Shown one piece after another: positions 42,908 to 55,878 of a stretch of DNA of 64,000 bases. Within the stretch, counting starts at the first letter, position 1, and each line of letters opens with the position of its first letter. Position numbers and translations under genes: made by a program. Under the pieces are notes generated by a model, which saw nothing but the letters and a program-made list of their open reading frames with translations, was not told the origin of the DNA and did no database searches. Source of the DNA: Candidatus Latescibacterota bacterium (GTDB taxonomy: Bacteria; Latescibacterota; UBA2968); the NCBI GenBank assembly GCA_965198115.1, contig OZ240241.1:7744001-7808000 (forward strand), written 5' to 3'.

Positions 42908-44327
42908 GGCTATATCCGGATCTCTCAACGAGATGAAGTGGGTGAAGGTGCCGTGGTTCCTGGCATGGGGGCGCGGTTAGAGTGTGCGGAACCTCTTCGG
43001 AATCTGCTCAGGGATGTTTATGTCTCCGACGGTAAGGAAGATCATATCGTTGAATGCGTCGAGTGTGCGGAATCCGCTGGCTCGGTTCTTGACGATTTGG
43101 ACGATTCGGTTGAGGCCTTCGGCGATGGCGTTGGTAAGACGCGTGTTCACGAATGCGAGGACGCCGAAGAAGTGCTGTCGCAGGGTCCTGACGAACTTTC
43201 GCAGGGGTTCAAGTCGACTTCTGAGTGCGGACGTCGTCCAGCATTTCAGGAAGCGTTCGGCAGCCCAGGGCGCTTTGTATTCCCAGAACTGCTCGAACTC
43301 GTCCTTGAGTCTCCAGGCTCTATAGATTCGGTAGTTCGCCTTCTCCAGTGCTTTGAGTGTCCGAGTATCCCCTCTGGAGCGTGTCGCTGAGTGCCGGTAG
43401 AGGAGCCATCGGAGGCCCTTCATGGCTTTGCGCTCATCCGGGGCAGCTTTACGCCACTGGTCCTTACGGACCTCGTCAACGGCGGCATTGAGAGCCTTGA
43501 CGATGTGAAAGCGATCGAGGACCAGCTTGGCATTCGGACAGTGTTCCTGGATGGCTCCGATGTAAGCTTCGCTCATGTCGCAGCAGGCCCACTCGATCTT
43601 GGATCTCCGGTAGGGACTGAGAGCCTCTGTGAAGAACCGATCGATCGTTTTACGCGCCCTGCCGCGGCCAACCCACACCACGCAGGAGCGGTCCAGATCG
43701 TAAACGAGCGTGGCGTACCTGTGACGCTTGGCGTAGGAGATCTCGTCGATCCCGATGGTTTTGAGCCCTCGGATACGATGACCTTCACGAAGCCGCGTGA
43801 TGGATCGGTGAAGGAGATCCGACAGCGTCGAGGCAGAGATGCGCAGCAACTCGGACGCCGCCTTCTGCGTCATGGTCTGGCAGTAGCGCAGCATGGCATA
43901 CTCGAAGCGATACGTCACCCGAGAGAACCGCTCCGCCCACGGAATCTCCTCGACCACACGACCGTGGGTAGGACACCGAATCTCCCGAGGATGGTAGAGA
44001 AGCCAGACCCTCCACCCGCACACCGGAATGTCACGCCACCGACGCGGATGGGGCATTGTGCGGACGATTTTACCTCGACGGCCGCACTCCGGACAACAAC
44101 AACCATTCTTATGTGGCTTTACGGCGATGACGAAGCAGCTTCTCCCCTCAAACCACCAGCTGACAACACGGAACCCCTTGAATCTCAGCAGTTTCGATAG
44201 TAATCTGCTCCCGGTCATAGGTCGCACCCCCTTCGCTTTGATTGTCCTACACACACAACCAAGCGTAGGGAACGATCTATGACCTTGTCATTCTATAGTT
44301 TCACCGTTGAGAAACCCGGATAGAGCC
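42908..44327 (-). mobile_element. ISL3 copy 3 (transposase 42977-44254), interrupting a hypothetical gene fragment (~42745-44500, +)
   Basis: 1420 bp; TSD ATTTAAAG; host frame LEAFK|DDPEFIRVGF rejoins. Confidence 0.95.
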
Positions 44328-44507
44328 ATTTAAAGACGACCCTGAATTTATCAGGGTGGGGTTTTCGGGGGGGCCGTACTCTGCCTGGTTGCAAGCAATC
44401 GAAAGGCATCGAGACACTAACTCCGGATTGGAGCTATTGGATGAAGTGGGGCTCCTGCCCGGCGAAGTCATGATGCTGGGAATGGACTACATAAGTGAAG
44501 ACCCTAG

Positions 44508-45230
44508 CTGGAGACGTTCAAACCGCCTCCTTATCTGGGAGAGTGCTGCCTACGCTTGCCCAACACCCTCTGCGAGCACCTGGTAGACCGAGATCACCTC
44601 CAGGTCGTCCCTTACGACGGGCCCATCAACCCCCAACCCCCCTCGCGATGCCGACCACGTCCTCTTCCCGCGCGTACAGCTCAGCGGCGACCAACCGTCT
44701 GGCCCAGTCGATCGGGTCCAGGCCCTCCACCCGCCTTCCTCGTGGCCAGGTGCCCTCTCGCTCGAAGAGGGCTTTCCTGACGCGCACAGAGTCGACACTG
44801 GGAAGGGGCAACTCGTTCGTCCGGGCAACGGTATCGATCAACAGCCGGATCGAGGCCACGTCCTTTGGGACGGCAATCGGCAGACCCGATGTGCGTCTCC
44901 TTTTCTTTGGCTTGGCACTCGTTCTCACTAATTCCGTTGCCCTTCCGGGCGAAGGCATGCGCGATGCGCGCAAGGTTCTTCGCGGCAGACCCCGTCTCTC
45001 CGATCGCGCGGGGGACGACCGGATCACCCGGCACCCAAACGCCAGAGCTACGAAGAAAAATAACTTTGGCGACAGGACGTTGGCGGAATAATTTTTCTAT
45101 TCGGGCAACTCCGCATTTTCGTGCCCGGTTTCCCACCCCAAAGAACATCACAATAAACGCCCTATATCACTGTTTATATAGGTTAATCGTTTCTTCGTAG
45201 TCCATGATTTTCCAGAAAATGGGGTCAATT
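44508..45230 (-). mobile_element. Unclassified repeated element, copy 2 (truncated, frameshifted HTH gene)
   Basis: Diverged duplicate of 27125-27837. Confidence 0.7.
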
Positions 45231-45269
45231 GTTCGCGAGGTGGTGATCCAAACCTCCGCCGGGTCGAGC

Positions 45270-45620
45270 TCGCGACCGGGCGCGATGGAGACCGTCGCGG
45301 GAACGGGATCTGTCGGCCCCGCGGGTGACGGCGGCCCTGCTACGGACGCCCGGTTCGGAGAAGTGATGGGACTGGCCATCGACGGAGACGGAAACATCTA
45401 TGTCGCGGAGGGCTCCTTCCACGTCGTCCGGATGATCGAAGGAGCCGGTGCCACGGCTACCGCCGATTTCAACGGCGATGGTTCTGTCAGCTTCGCTGAC
45501 TTCCTGATGTTCGCAGCGGCCTTCGGCACGTCCACTGGAGACGCGGGCTTCGATGCAAAGTTCGACCTGAACGGCGGCGGCTCGGTCGACTTCATCATTT
45601 TTGCAGGGGCGTTGGGTTAG
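45270..45620 (+). pseudogene. NHL-repeat plus dockerin/EF-hand C-terminal fragment
   Basis: TVAGTG..GDGGPATDARF..GLAIDGDGNIYVA; ADFNGDGSVSFADF..FDAKFDLNG. Confidence 0.75.
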
Positions 45621-46024
45621 GATGGGAGACAGTACCACGTTGAAGGGGCTTATCGTTCACGTCTCACGTCATGGCGACCACAATCCTCAAAAATCCACCC
45701 CGCGTTCCCGATCGGCCTGATCGATCCCAGTTCCCGATTTCATCATCCCGGTGGATGACAATCACGGGACGCTCAGCATCGACAAGGACGGCAACATCAC
45801 GCAGTCCGGTTTCGATGTGCTCGGGTCCCAGGTCTTCCGGATGGCGGCCGGCAGTTCCAGCTTCGCCGTCCACCAGTTCGGGCACGATGACGCTCAACAT
45901 CGAGTTCCCGGGCCGCATCTGTGGCTTCACCCCTCGGCCACGACGATCCGGTGACGATTCTGTTCCGGTTTCTGACAGTGTCCGCAGGCGTCGTCCATTT
46001 CACAAACCGAGGAGATAGGCCGCT

Positions 46025-47077
46025 ATGCTTAGCGAAACAGAAATACGAGAGTTGGAGGCCGAGAACAGCTCACGCGTCAACGAAGGGCGTCCGATCAAGC
46101 AGATCATCGCCGACGGCGACATCCCGCGTCTGAATGGTTGCACGATCCTTGAGGGAAAGGTCTCGGACTCTGTGTTCGGGGCAGACCTGGCTACCGGTGA
46201 GGGGAGACCGATCCGGCTGATGTTCCGCAACAACCGGATCTCGACGCACGACGTCAATCGTGGTGCCATTCCGTTCAAGGATCAGGTACTCGCGAACAAT
46301 CACGATCATATGCTGCGCCTGGTTGAGCCGGTGCTGGGCAGCTCCCAGTTCAAGGTCCCGGGCCTGCGGGCGAGTTCGACGGTGATTCCGGCGGAGAATC
46401 TCAAGCTGGTTGCCCTGGAGAATGTCCTGCGGATGTACAATGCCGAAAGCAGCACCTCCACATCACTCTACCAGGCCTGGCTCAAAGCCAGGGAGGCCGG
46501 AGAGACCACGCTTTCCTATGCCGGCCATCAGATCGAGGTGGGACAGCTCTCAGCAAATGGCGTGCTGCCTTACCTGATGGATACGCCCAGTACCAAGGAC
46601 AAGGTGGACCGGACGATCGACCCCAAGTACCTGTTCGACAACGGCGTCTGCACGCAAGGCGAGTACAACCGGATTCGCAACTCGTCCATGATGGCCTTCG
46701 GCATGGTCTCCCAGTACCTCGCGGAGCGGGGAATGATCCTCGTGGACACCAAGACCGAGCACGGGATCAATACTGAGGGGCAGATCGTGGCGGCGGACGA
46801 GTTGTATACCATGGATTCGAGCCGCTTCTGGCGCATGGACGACGACGGACAACCGCTGACCCGTGATGGCAAGCCTGTTTCGTTCTCCAAGGAATTCGCG
46901 CGGGGCATGGTCACGGAGAAGGATCAGCAGTTCACGGAGGAGCAGGCTGGCGAGATCGCGGTTCGCTATATCCAGGGCCTGCAGCATCTGACAGGCGAGG
47001 CATTCGAGCCGGATCTGCGGCCGCGCGATCAACGCATCATCGAATCGACGAATCTGATTCTCGACCACCTGCTGTAG
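46025..47077 (+). CDS. purC: SAICAR synthetase
   Basis: GKVSD, RISTHDV..IPFK.QVL, TPSTK, GMILVDTKTEHG, DELYTMDSSRFW, SKEF. Confidence 0.9.
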   Translation: MLSETEIRELEAENSSRVNEGRPIKQIIADGDIPRLNGCTILEGKVSDSVFGADLATGEGRPIRLMFRNNRISTHDVNRGAIPFKDQVLANNHDHMLRLVEPVLGSSQFKVPGLRASSTVIPAENLKLVALENVLRMYNAESSTSTSLYQAWLKAREAGETTLSYAGHQIEVGQLSANGVLPYLMDTPSTKDKVDRTIDPKYLFDNGVCTQGEYNRIRNSSMMAFGMVSQYLAERGMILVDTKTEHGINTEGQIVAADELYTMDSSRFWRMDDDGQPLTRDGKPVSFSKEFARGMVTEKDQQFTEEQAGEIAVRYIQGLQHLTGEAFEPDLRPRDQRIIESTNLILDHLL

Positions 47078-47103
47078 GGCAGCCCGATAGAGGCAAGAGA
47101 AAA

Positions 47104-47126
47104 GGGGGACTCGGCCGAGTTCCCCC
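47104..47126. terminator. Hairpin after purC, possible terminator
   Basis: GGGGGACTCGG/CCGAGTTCCCC palindrome preceded by an A run. Confidence 0.4.
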
Positions 47127-47348
47127 CAAGGAGATGAGCGAGGAAGTCCCGTCGACTTCTTCGAATATTCGCGTCCCAGAGATCAACTCCATCCCGATTT
47201 CATAAAACTTGCCGAAGAGGAGACTTACTCCCCCGCCCGCCAGATCATAGAACCGATGATGCGTTGGTACGAAGATACTACGTGTAGGAAGCAAAAGCTG
47301 TTTTTCGAACACCGGCTTGCGTCAAAACTAAACCGTCGGATGTGTACG

Positions 47349-49122
47349 GGTCAAGTCCCATAGTCAGTTGAAACTCATCGGGCCCCGCAGTTTGGTCAGG
47401 CTCTCTTTTGAGGCTCTATCCGGGTTTCTCAACGGTGAAACTATAGAATGACAAGGTCATAGATCGTTCCCTACGCTTGGTTGTGTGTGTAGGACAATCA
47501 AAGCGAAGGGGGTGCGACCTATGACCGGGAGCAGATTACTATCGAAACTGCTGAGATTCAAGGGGTTCCGTGTTGTCAGCTGGTGGTTTGAGGGGAGAAG
47601 CTGCTTCGTCATCGCCGTAAAGCCACATAAGAATGGTTGTTGTTGTCCGGAGTGCGGCCGTCGAGGTAAAATCGTCCGCACAATGCCCCATCCGCGTCGG
47701 TGGCGTGACATTCCGGTGTGCGGGTGGAGGGTCTGGCTTCTCTACCATCCTCGGGAGATTCGGTGTCCTACCCACGGTCGTGTGGTCGAGGAGATTCCGT
47801 GGGCGGAGCGGTTCTCTCGGGTGACGTATCGCTTCGAGTATGCCATGCTGCGCTACTGCCAGACCATGACGCAGAAGGCGGCGTCCGAGTTGCTGCGCAT
47901 CTCTGCCTCGACGCTGTCGGATCTCCTTCACCGATCCATCACGCGGCTTCGTGAAGGTCATCGTATCCGAGGGCTCAAAACCATCGGGATCGACGAGATC
48001 TCCTACGCCAAGCGTCACAGGTACGCCACGCTCGTTTACGATCTGGACCGCTCCTGCGTGGTGTGGGTTGGCCGCGGCAGGGCGCGTAAAACGATCGATC
48101 GGTTTTTCACAGAGGCTCTCAGTCCCTACCAGAGATCCAAGATCGAGTGGGCCTGCTGCGACATGAGCGAAGCTTACATCGGAGCCATCCAGGAACACTG
48201 TCCGAATGCCAAGCTGGTCCTCGATCGCTTTCACATCGTCAAGGCTCTCAATGCCGCCGTTGACGAGGTCCGTAAGGACCAGTGGCGTAAAGCTGCCCCG
48301 GATGAGCGCAAAGCCATGAAGGGCCTCCGATGGCTCCTCTACCGGCACTCAGCGACACGCTCCAGAGGGGATACTCGGACACTCAAAGCACTGGAGAAGG
48401 CGAACTACCGAATCTATAGAGCCTGGAGACTCAAGGACGAGTTCGAGCAGTTCTGGGAATACAAAGCGCCCTGGGCTGCCGAACGCTTCCTGAAATGCTG
48501 GACGACGTCCGCACTCAGAAGTCGACTTGAACCCCTGCGAAAGTTCGTCAGGACCCTGCGACAGCACTTCTTCGGCGTCCTCGCATTCGTGAACACGCGT
48601 CTTACCAACGCCATCGCCGAAGGCCTCAACCGAATCGTCCAAATCGTCAAGAACCGAGCCAGCGGATTCCGCACACTCGACGCATTCAACGATATGATCT
48701 TCCTTACCGTCGGAGACATAAACATCCCTGAGCAGATTCCGAAGAGGTTCCGCACACTCTAACCGCGCCCCGATGCCAGGAACCACGGCACCTTCACCCA
48801 CTTCATCTCGTTGAGAGATCCGGATATAGCCTCTTTTGAGCATTCTGTTCGTTGTCGAGATTCAGATCTTTGTTCAGTGCTTGCCTGAGTAGGGGAAGAT
48901 GTTTGTATCCGCTCACGCGTCGCAGGCGAGGTTCGATGTCGAGGAGTGCGGCAGCCACCCATCTGTGTCTCTGGGGAGAGTTGTTCCAGCGTCTGACCTT
49001 CCGAGTGAGCTCGCCGGTCATGCTGTTGAGGGCTTCGATGCAGTTGGTGGTTCGGAAGCTTCGTTTCAGGAATGGGAGCATACCCAGCCGGTGGAGGTTT
49101 CAACTGACTATGGGACTTGACC
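47349..49122 (-). mobile_element. IS256-C remnant bounded by two inverted right ends, containing ISL3 copy 4
   Basis: GGTCAAGTCCCATAGTCAGTTGAAAC at 47349 and its reverse complement ending at 49122. Confidence 0.8.
47412..48831 (+). mobile_element. ISL3 copy 4 (transposase 47485-48762)
   Basis: 1420 bp; TSD TCTTTTGA. Confidence 0.95.
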
Positions 49123-49417
49123 AAATCTTTCCGCACTCAACCGATCAGCCTTTTCCACCATCCGTGACGAACCGGGACGACCGTCCATTGTCACCCGCGC
49201 CTCCGTATAGTCCTGCGCGGCATCTACAATGACGGCAGCAGCCAGACGACAGTAGCCACCTGTTTGCTCAAGGTTTCCCATTCCAGATCGAACGTCGGGT
49301 CGGTCGACCCGAAAAGCCGGTCGTTCGGGCAAGCAAGGCCGAAAACCGGGAACGGTTCGAGCGGATCGACGCCGAGCTCCTGGCCGAGCACATCGAGATC
49401 GCGGAGAACTGGCCATC

Positions 49418-49756
49418 ATGAAGCTGCACTACATGGTCGAGCACGAGCTCCGCGACCGCATCCGCGAGCCGCGCTACGGCCCCATCGGCGTCTGGGTCCA
49501 GGGGCCCGGCCTCGATCTGGTGATCGAATTCCTGCCCGGCCACGCCGAAGCCCAAGAGGAGACCGAATGGGTCGTCAACCGGTTGGTCGAGAACGACGTC
49601 CGGTCGCTGCCCGAGGATTTTCTGGCTTACCACCAGTCGACACTCTCGCCCTACCGCGGCATGTGCGGGGCCGTGGTCCAGACCGACCACTACGTGTCGG
49701 CCAAAGCCTGCACGAAGTCGGTCTTGGAACGGATCGCCGGCGGCGGTATTACCTAG
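49418..49756 (+). CDS. Hypothetical protein
   Basis: 112-aa ORF with strong GC3 bias; its 3' end is also present at 4495-4524. Confidence 0.55.
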   Translation: MKLHYMVEHELRDRIREPRYGPIGVWVQGPGLDLVIEFLPGHAEAQEETEWVVNRLVENDVRSLPEDFLAYHQSTLSPYRGMCGAVVQTDHYVSAKACTKSVLERIAGGGIT

Positions 49757-50011
49757 TGTTCCCGGTCTCGACTGCCCGTGTCTTTCTCTCGCGCCTACAC
49801 GTTCTCTATTGGGATAACGAACATCTTCAGCCCATCGAAGAACTCCGTGCCCATGCGCATTGATTCTGGCGTTTCCTTAAAGGAAGGCATCAACATGGTC
49901 TCAAAGCCATTACGATCCTGGGTGTAATTCACCAGCAGGCCCCGCGCCTTTCCATAGTAGGTCAGCCCACCTTGAATTAGGCCACAGCACCGCTTGATCA
50001 CCTCGTTCCTA

Positions 50012-51177
50012 GTGTCGTGTCCCGCGAATAAGTTTTAGAAGTCTGTTGAGTTTGTCGAGGATCGAGTCAGCGGTTGCCGTCCACACGAAAGGCTTTGAGT
50101 TCTGATTGTATTGGTCTGTGAACTTCTGGATGCAGGTGATCAGATCCTTGACGTTCCGAAAGGTTCCTCGTCGGATTGCTCTTTGTGTGATGATGCCGAA
50201 CCAGATCTCTACCTGGTTTAGCCAGGAGGCATACGTTGGTGTGTAGTGCACGTGGTATCTTTTACGTGAGGTGAGCCAACGTTTGACGTTCTGGTGCTTG
50301 TGAGTGCCGTAGTTATCGACGACCAGATGGATGTCGAGATCCTTCGGGACGTTTTTGTCAATGTGCTTGAGGAACTGAAGGAACTCTCTGTTGCGATGTC
50401 TGGGCTTGCACTGAGTCAGGACTTTTCCTGATGCGATGTTGAGCGCCGCAAAGAGGGTAGTCGTGCCGTGCCGTGTATAGCTGTGAGTGACGCCCTCGAC
50501 ATACCCGAGGCCCAAAGGGAGAATCGGTTGCGTCCGTTCGAGTGCTTGAATCTGGCTCTTCTCGTCTATGCAGAGCACCATTGCGTTGTCCGGCGGGTTC
50601 AGGTATAAACCGACGATATCCCTGACTTTCTCGACGAAGAAGGGATCGTTCGACAGCTTGAAGTGCTTCTGCCGATGCGGCTGCAGTCCAAAGGCTCTCC
50701 ATACACGTTGCACTGTGGACTTTGAGAGGCCCGTCTCATCGGCCATCGCTCGACAGGTCCAGTGGGTGGCATTCTTCGGCTTCTTCTTGAGCGTCTTGTA
50801 GATGAGTGAGGAGATCTCTTCGTCGCTAACGGACCGCGGACCACCAGGACGTAACTCGTCATACAGTCCCATCAAGCCTTGCTCGCAGAAGCGACGGCGC
50901 CATTTGCCAACGGACGCTCCGGACAACCCGACTCGTTCGGCGATCTCCTGATTGGTCAGACCACCATCGCTCAGCAGGACGATCTTCGCCCGACGCACCA
51001 GAGCGTGAGGCATGCTGCGCGAACCGGACAACGACTGGAGTTGATCGCGGACTTCATCACTGATGTTCAGTGGTTGTAACGGACGACCTCTTGCCATCGG
51101 TTCCTCCTCACAATGAGTGCCTGAGGAACCTTACGACTGTATCACGAATTTTTCTAGTTATTCCTGAGACGAGACAC
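50012..51177 (-). mobile_element. IS630-family element (single ORF 50009-51097)
   Basis: TA duplication in CTAG; TIRs GTGTCGTGTCCCGCGAATAA / GTGTCTCGTCTCAGGAATAA; CIDEKSQIQA, VDNYGTHK, SWLNQVE. Confidence 0.93.
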
Positions 51178-51756
51178 TAGAGAGTCCTTTGGATGACGAA
51201 AGGATATACAGAAAGTCTGGCTTTGAATCCAAATGTGCTGCCTGATAGACCATTGATTCCTTCGAATTGTCTTCGCAGACCATCTTGACTGCATGAGACA
51301 GCGATGCCCCGAGCCTTCGTCTTTCATCCAGGACTAAGTCGCAAAGCTCATCCTGCATCAAAAGGTAGTTACTTCTGTCGGACGCTGGATCGAACAGATC
51401 GACAATCCCCTCATCCAGTCCTTCGTCGTACTTGTCCAGCCTTTCGGACAGATCATTCGACACCCGTTCCATAGGCGCGGCCAGTAAGTCGGCGCGCCCT
51501 TTCCTGTTGATAAGTTCCTCGACCGCACCTCTTCGTTCGTGAAGTTCTCGCAGGATGTCTTGCATCCCGTCTACCTCACGAGGTGATCCCCCGTAGAGAA
51601 CGAAAAACTCGAAAATGGCCTTCTCGATTCCAACGGTTCGTTGCAGCTCGGGACAGATTGAACAACGTGCGTCCAGATATAGAAGGAGGTCATTGATCGT
51701 TCTCAGTTCGTTCACAATGTTCAAGAAGTCGTTTACGGAGAGATAGGAAACGGGAA

Positions 51757-53184
51757 GGCGAAGTCTCGTAGATTGTTGAAATTGGGTGGCGGCTCCTCCG
51801 CCCGAATTCCATGATTCGGGTGGGTAGTAGTTCACATCAAAGAGGAGCCACCACCATGGGTAAGAATGTCAGTAAGAAAGCAAGTCGGCAACAGGGGAAC
51901 GTCAAATCGGGACTGAGTCAGGCGCTTGGTGCGTTCGTTCGAGAGAGTCTGTAGGACACGGTTCTGGTGTCCGGGTTGTCGCACGTCATTGAGGTGCTTG
52001 AGTCGGAGCGGACGCAGGTGTGCGGGCCTCGTTATCGGCACACGGAAGAGCGTCAGGCTCACCGGGGCGGGCATGTGCCCAGCTCCCTGGTACTGGGTGG
52101 GCGACTGGTCAAGGTGAAGCGGCCTCGGGTGCGGACGACCTCGGGGGAAGAGGTGTCGCTGCCGAGCTGGGAATCGTGGTCGGCCAGGGACCCGCTTGAG
52201 GCGCGTGCGATCGAACAGATGCTGGTCGGGGTGTCGACGCGCAAGTACCGGCGCTCTCTGGAGGAGGTGCCTGAGGTCCTTGTGGGCCGTGGAACCAGTC
52301 GGAGCGCGGTAAGTGGCCGGTTCGTCCGTGGGACAGCCAGGAAACTGGCCACGCTGATGGAGCGCGATCTGTCCGAGCTGGGCCTGAAAGTGCTGATGCT
52401 CGACGGCGTCCACTATGCCGGCGATCACGTCATTGTGGCGGGGGTGGGCATTGACGGCCAAGGCCAGAAGCACGTGCTCGGACTCTGGGAAGGGGCGACG
52501 GAGAACAAGGCCACCTGCACGGCCCTGCTGGAGGACCTTGTAGAGCGGGGCCTCCCCACCGACCGGGCTATCCTCGTGGTGATCGACGGCGGCAAGGCCC
52601 TTTACAGGGCTGTGCGGTCGGTCCTCGGAAGACGCGCGCTCATCCAGCGATGCCAGGAGCATAAGAAGCGGAACGTGTTGGACGCGCTGCCGGAGGGCAA
52701 GCGGGGGTCGGTGAAGCGCGCCCTGAAAGACGCGTTCAAAGCCGAAGATCCTGAACTAGCCGAGCGTATGCTGAAGAATCTGGCGAGGAGCCTGGACGAG
52801 CAGCACCCCGGTGCGGCCGCCTCGCTCCGCGAAGGGCTCGAGGATCTGCTGACGGTCAAACGCCTGGGCCTCGGTGGATCTTCCCTGGAGCGCACCCTTT
52901 CGAGCACGAACGTCATCGAAAACCTGATCGGACAGTTGCGCCAACTCTCAGGCCGCGTCAAGCGATGGAAGAGCGGCCGCATGATCCTGCGCTGGAGCGC
53001 CGCCGGTGCCTTGGAAGCCGAACGGGGCTTCCGGCGACTCAAGGGCTACCGCCAGATGACCAAGCTTGTGGTCGCCCTTCAGACGCACGATGCCGCTCTC
53101 GACGGGAACGTTGAAGGACGCCCTGCAGCCGCCTGAAACCATCACATGCCGCTGTCCAATTTCAACAGCGAAAAAGACATTGCC
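51757..53184 (+). mobile_element. IS256 type B (transposase 51856-53136 with in-frame TAG at 51952)
   Basis: TSD AACGGGAA; TIRs ending TGTTGAAATTGG; MLDG, VIDGG, QRCQEHK, STNVIE. Confidence 0.9.
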
Positions 53185-53759
53185 AACGGGAACCGAATCG
53201 ATCTCAAGTGGCATGTCCTGGCTGAGAGCTACTTCCTCCTGTGTTTCGACGACGACTACAGCACGGACGGGTTCGATTTGGTTAGGCTTGAAGGAGACCT
53301 GTCCTCGCCTCGGGTGGTTGCACCAAAACTCTCGCGTCTTGGATGTCTTGATGCCACCCCTCACTTGCCTCAATGCAGCTTCCGCACTCTTCTGTACCCA
53401 CCAAACGAGTTTGTCTCCGGTCCTTTTTTCAGGGTCCTGCTGACATTTCATCGAAACGAAGATTCCCCTGTTCCTCAGCGCGAGTAGCAGGTCGACGACC
53501 TCCTTGTCTGACTTGACTGTGTACTGGGGACTTCGAAAGACGTTCTCCCAAGTCAGAGGCACGCTCGCCAGCCGCTCAAGAAACCTTTCGGCTTGATCCG
53601 TTCTTTGCACTCTGGAGTCCAATTTAGTAGGCGCTTCCGTGTGTTGCGTCGCAGCTGCCGATGATGGGCGCTCATAGCGCTCGACAATGACCTCACTAGC
53701 TCGCGCCCGCATCTGCGAGGCGTCGTACCACCGGTCGCTGGATGAGGACGGGTTCGGTT

Positions 53760-54060
53760 GTGTCTCTGGGGGGAGTTGTTCCAGCGTCTGACCTTCCGAG
53801 TGAGCTCGCCGGCCATGCTGTTGAGGGCTTCGATGCAGTTGGTGGTTCGGAAGCTTCGTTTCAGGAATGGGAGCATCCCCAGCCGGTGGAGGGTCAGGGT
53901 TTCCTCCAGGCCTTCCTCGAGGCTCGTTACGGCAGACTGATTCATCAGCTTCAGTTCGGGTTTAAGTGATTCGAGTGCGGCCTTTGCCTCCTCGTAGGTG
54001 TCGCAGTCATAGGCTTTCTGGAGCTTCCGTCGGATTCGCGGACGTTCCCTCTCCGGGAGA
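53760..54060 (-). mobile_element. IS256-C internal fragment
   Basis: LPERERPR..FRTTNCIE..PQRH segment of the type C transposase. Confidence 0.85.
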
Positions 54061-54644
54061 TGGTTGGTCGTCAGCGAATGGCCCGCCGTGAAAGAGGGCG
54101 AGACATCGTCAGGTCCTACGACACCCGTAGGACCCGAAAACAGGTAAGGATTGTTATGATTCGGTGGCAAACCCCTCTTAACACTGTAGCAACCGAACTA
54201 CCACTTCTATATCCAATAGATAGCGCCAAACGCTCGCGGCTTCTATGCTGCGCCGTGTTATTCTCACGCGGATTATACGTTTGAGCGTAAACCTTCCGTC
54301 AGATGCGGCGGCTCGCCGGCGATAAACCTTCCGTCAGATCGTGCACGACCGATACATCCGTGTGTCCGTATAACGCATCCATCATACGGTATACCGGTAG
54401 TGATCGCACGCGGGAATTATGTACACGGGTGTAATCTGACGCGGATTATACGCACGGGCCGCATAGATGCGTCTCTCTGGATGCTTTTTCGGGAACGGGA
54501 CAACTGAAGCAGATCGCCGACGAGACAGCTGCCGACATCGAAGGGATGCTCGAAGACCTGATGGAGCAGATCGCGGACCTTGTCCGTGACGATGGACGCG
54601 TCTCGCGAAACTAGTCGTGTGAGTGAGATTGACATATAGCGCCG

Positions 54645-55139
54645 TCACCTACCCTTAGGTGCTGCTCTATAGTTTATCGGATTGAGCCTGTGCTTGGTGC
54701 TGAAGTCCTCTGAATTATGAATGTGACACTCAGGAGTCCATGAGAGAGCACGAGTGACAATGTAGACCCACCAATCTTCATCCTTCTTCGAGGTGGCTAC
54801 TTCATTCTCAGAGATAATGAAAGAAGGAATGGCACCTGAGACACCTTTCACCTCCACATGCTTTCTTTGCTTCCCTTTCCGACAATCTAGATCGTAGCCC
54901 ACGTTCTCTGACTCAGCTGAACGGACCTTCCAGCCTTCGCTCTTAAGTCTCTCTGAAACGACCTCCACTGCCCTCTGCTCAACTCGCCTGTTCTGCTCCG
55001 CACTTCCAAAGCCAGCTCCTTGGCGCCGAACTACAGACTTCTCTGGTCCTAAAGGAATCAATTCCCCGACCAACTCCGAGAGCTCAAGTTTCCTCTCCGG
55101 ATGCAAATTGCCTATCAAAAGGCCTGCCAGCTCCTCACT
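54645..55139 (-). pseudogene. DUF3883 (NOV C-terminal) nuclease domain, 5' truncated
   Basis: VEQRAV..GW.V..GYDLDC..HVEVKG..ISENE. Confidence 0.8.
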
Positions 55140-55352
55140 AATTGACCCCATTTTCTGGAAAATAATGGACTACGAAGAACGGTTAACCTATTGTATAAAC
55201 AGTGATGTAGGGCGTTTATTGTGATGTTCTTTGGGGTGGGAAACCGGGCACGAAAAAGCGGAGTTGTCCGAACAGAAAAATTATTTCGCCAACGTCCTGT
55301 CGCCAAAGTTATTTTTCTTCGTAGCTCTGGCGTTTGGGTGCCGGGTGATCCG
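55140..55352 (+). mobile_element. Unclassified repeated element, copy 3 (terminal ~210 bp)
   Basis: Reverse complement of the termini at 27837 and 45230. Confidence 0.7.
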
Positions 55353-55827
55353 CTGGGTGATAGTGAACTCGGGCCTTTCTGAATACGTAGGCCGTAGAGT
55401 GTTCCCCAAAATCTCCAAAGCATTTCTCAATTTGGAGTCTGCTGTTCTGATAGTAGAGAACAGAGATCTATGCCATCGGAACGCAGTGAAATGCTTTAGA
55501 CATCTTGGTAAGGTTGGTGCCATAGTTGCGATTTCAGAGCATCTGGCACGCCTGGGCTTTGATGCCGTTCGAAATGCGCTACTGAAAAACGGCCCTAAGT
55601 ACCTTCAGCGGTTCCCCTATCTGGGACCAACAACATCGCTTCATCTGGCGAAGAACCTAGGCTTATCTGTTGCCAAACCTGATCGACATCTCTGCAGAAC
55701 TTCATCACGCTATGGTTTCTCCAGTGTCAATGCTTTCTGTTCTCTAGTCGCTCAGTACTCTGGGGACCCCATATCTGTCGTGGATATTGTCTGGTGGCGC
55801 TACGCCGTGATAACCCGCACCCATTGA
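55353..55827 (+). pseudogene. HhH-GPD glycosylase-like fragment
   Basis: LQRFPYLGPTTSLHLAKNLG..AKPDRHL..VDIVWW. Confidence 0.65.
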
Positions 55828-55878
55828 CAGGGCCTTCACCTTGGGTCAAGTCCCATTGTCAGCTGAAACTCGTCGGGC

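Larger units (their letters stand above)
49795..53730 (-). pseudogene. Second copy of the NERD-like gene, split by IS630 and IS256
   Basis: Near-identical to 4563-5894 after removing the two IS. Confidence 0.9.

Noticed and set aside
39947-44327. Composite transposon formed by inverted ISL3 copies
   Set aside because: Each copy has its own TSD and the interrupted genes rejoin separately
54288-54339. TAAACCTTCCGTCAGAT twice
   Set aside because: Two 17-bp copies with a short gap; a simple local duplication is sufficient
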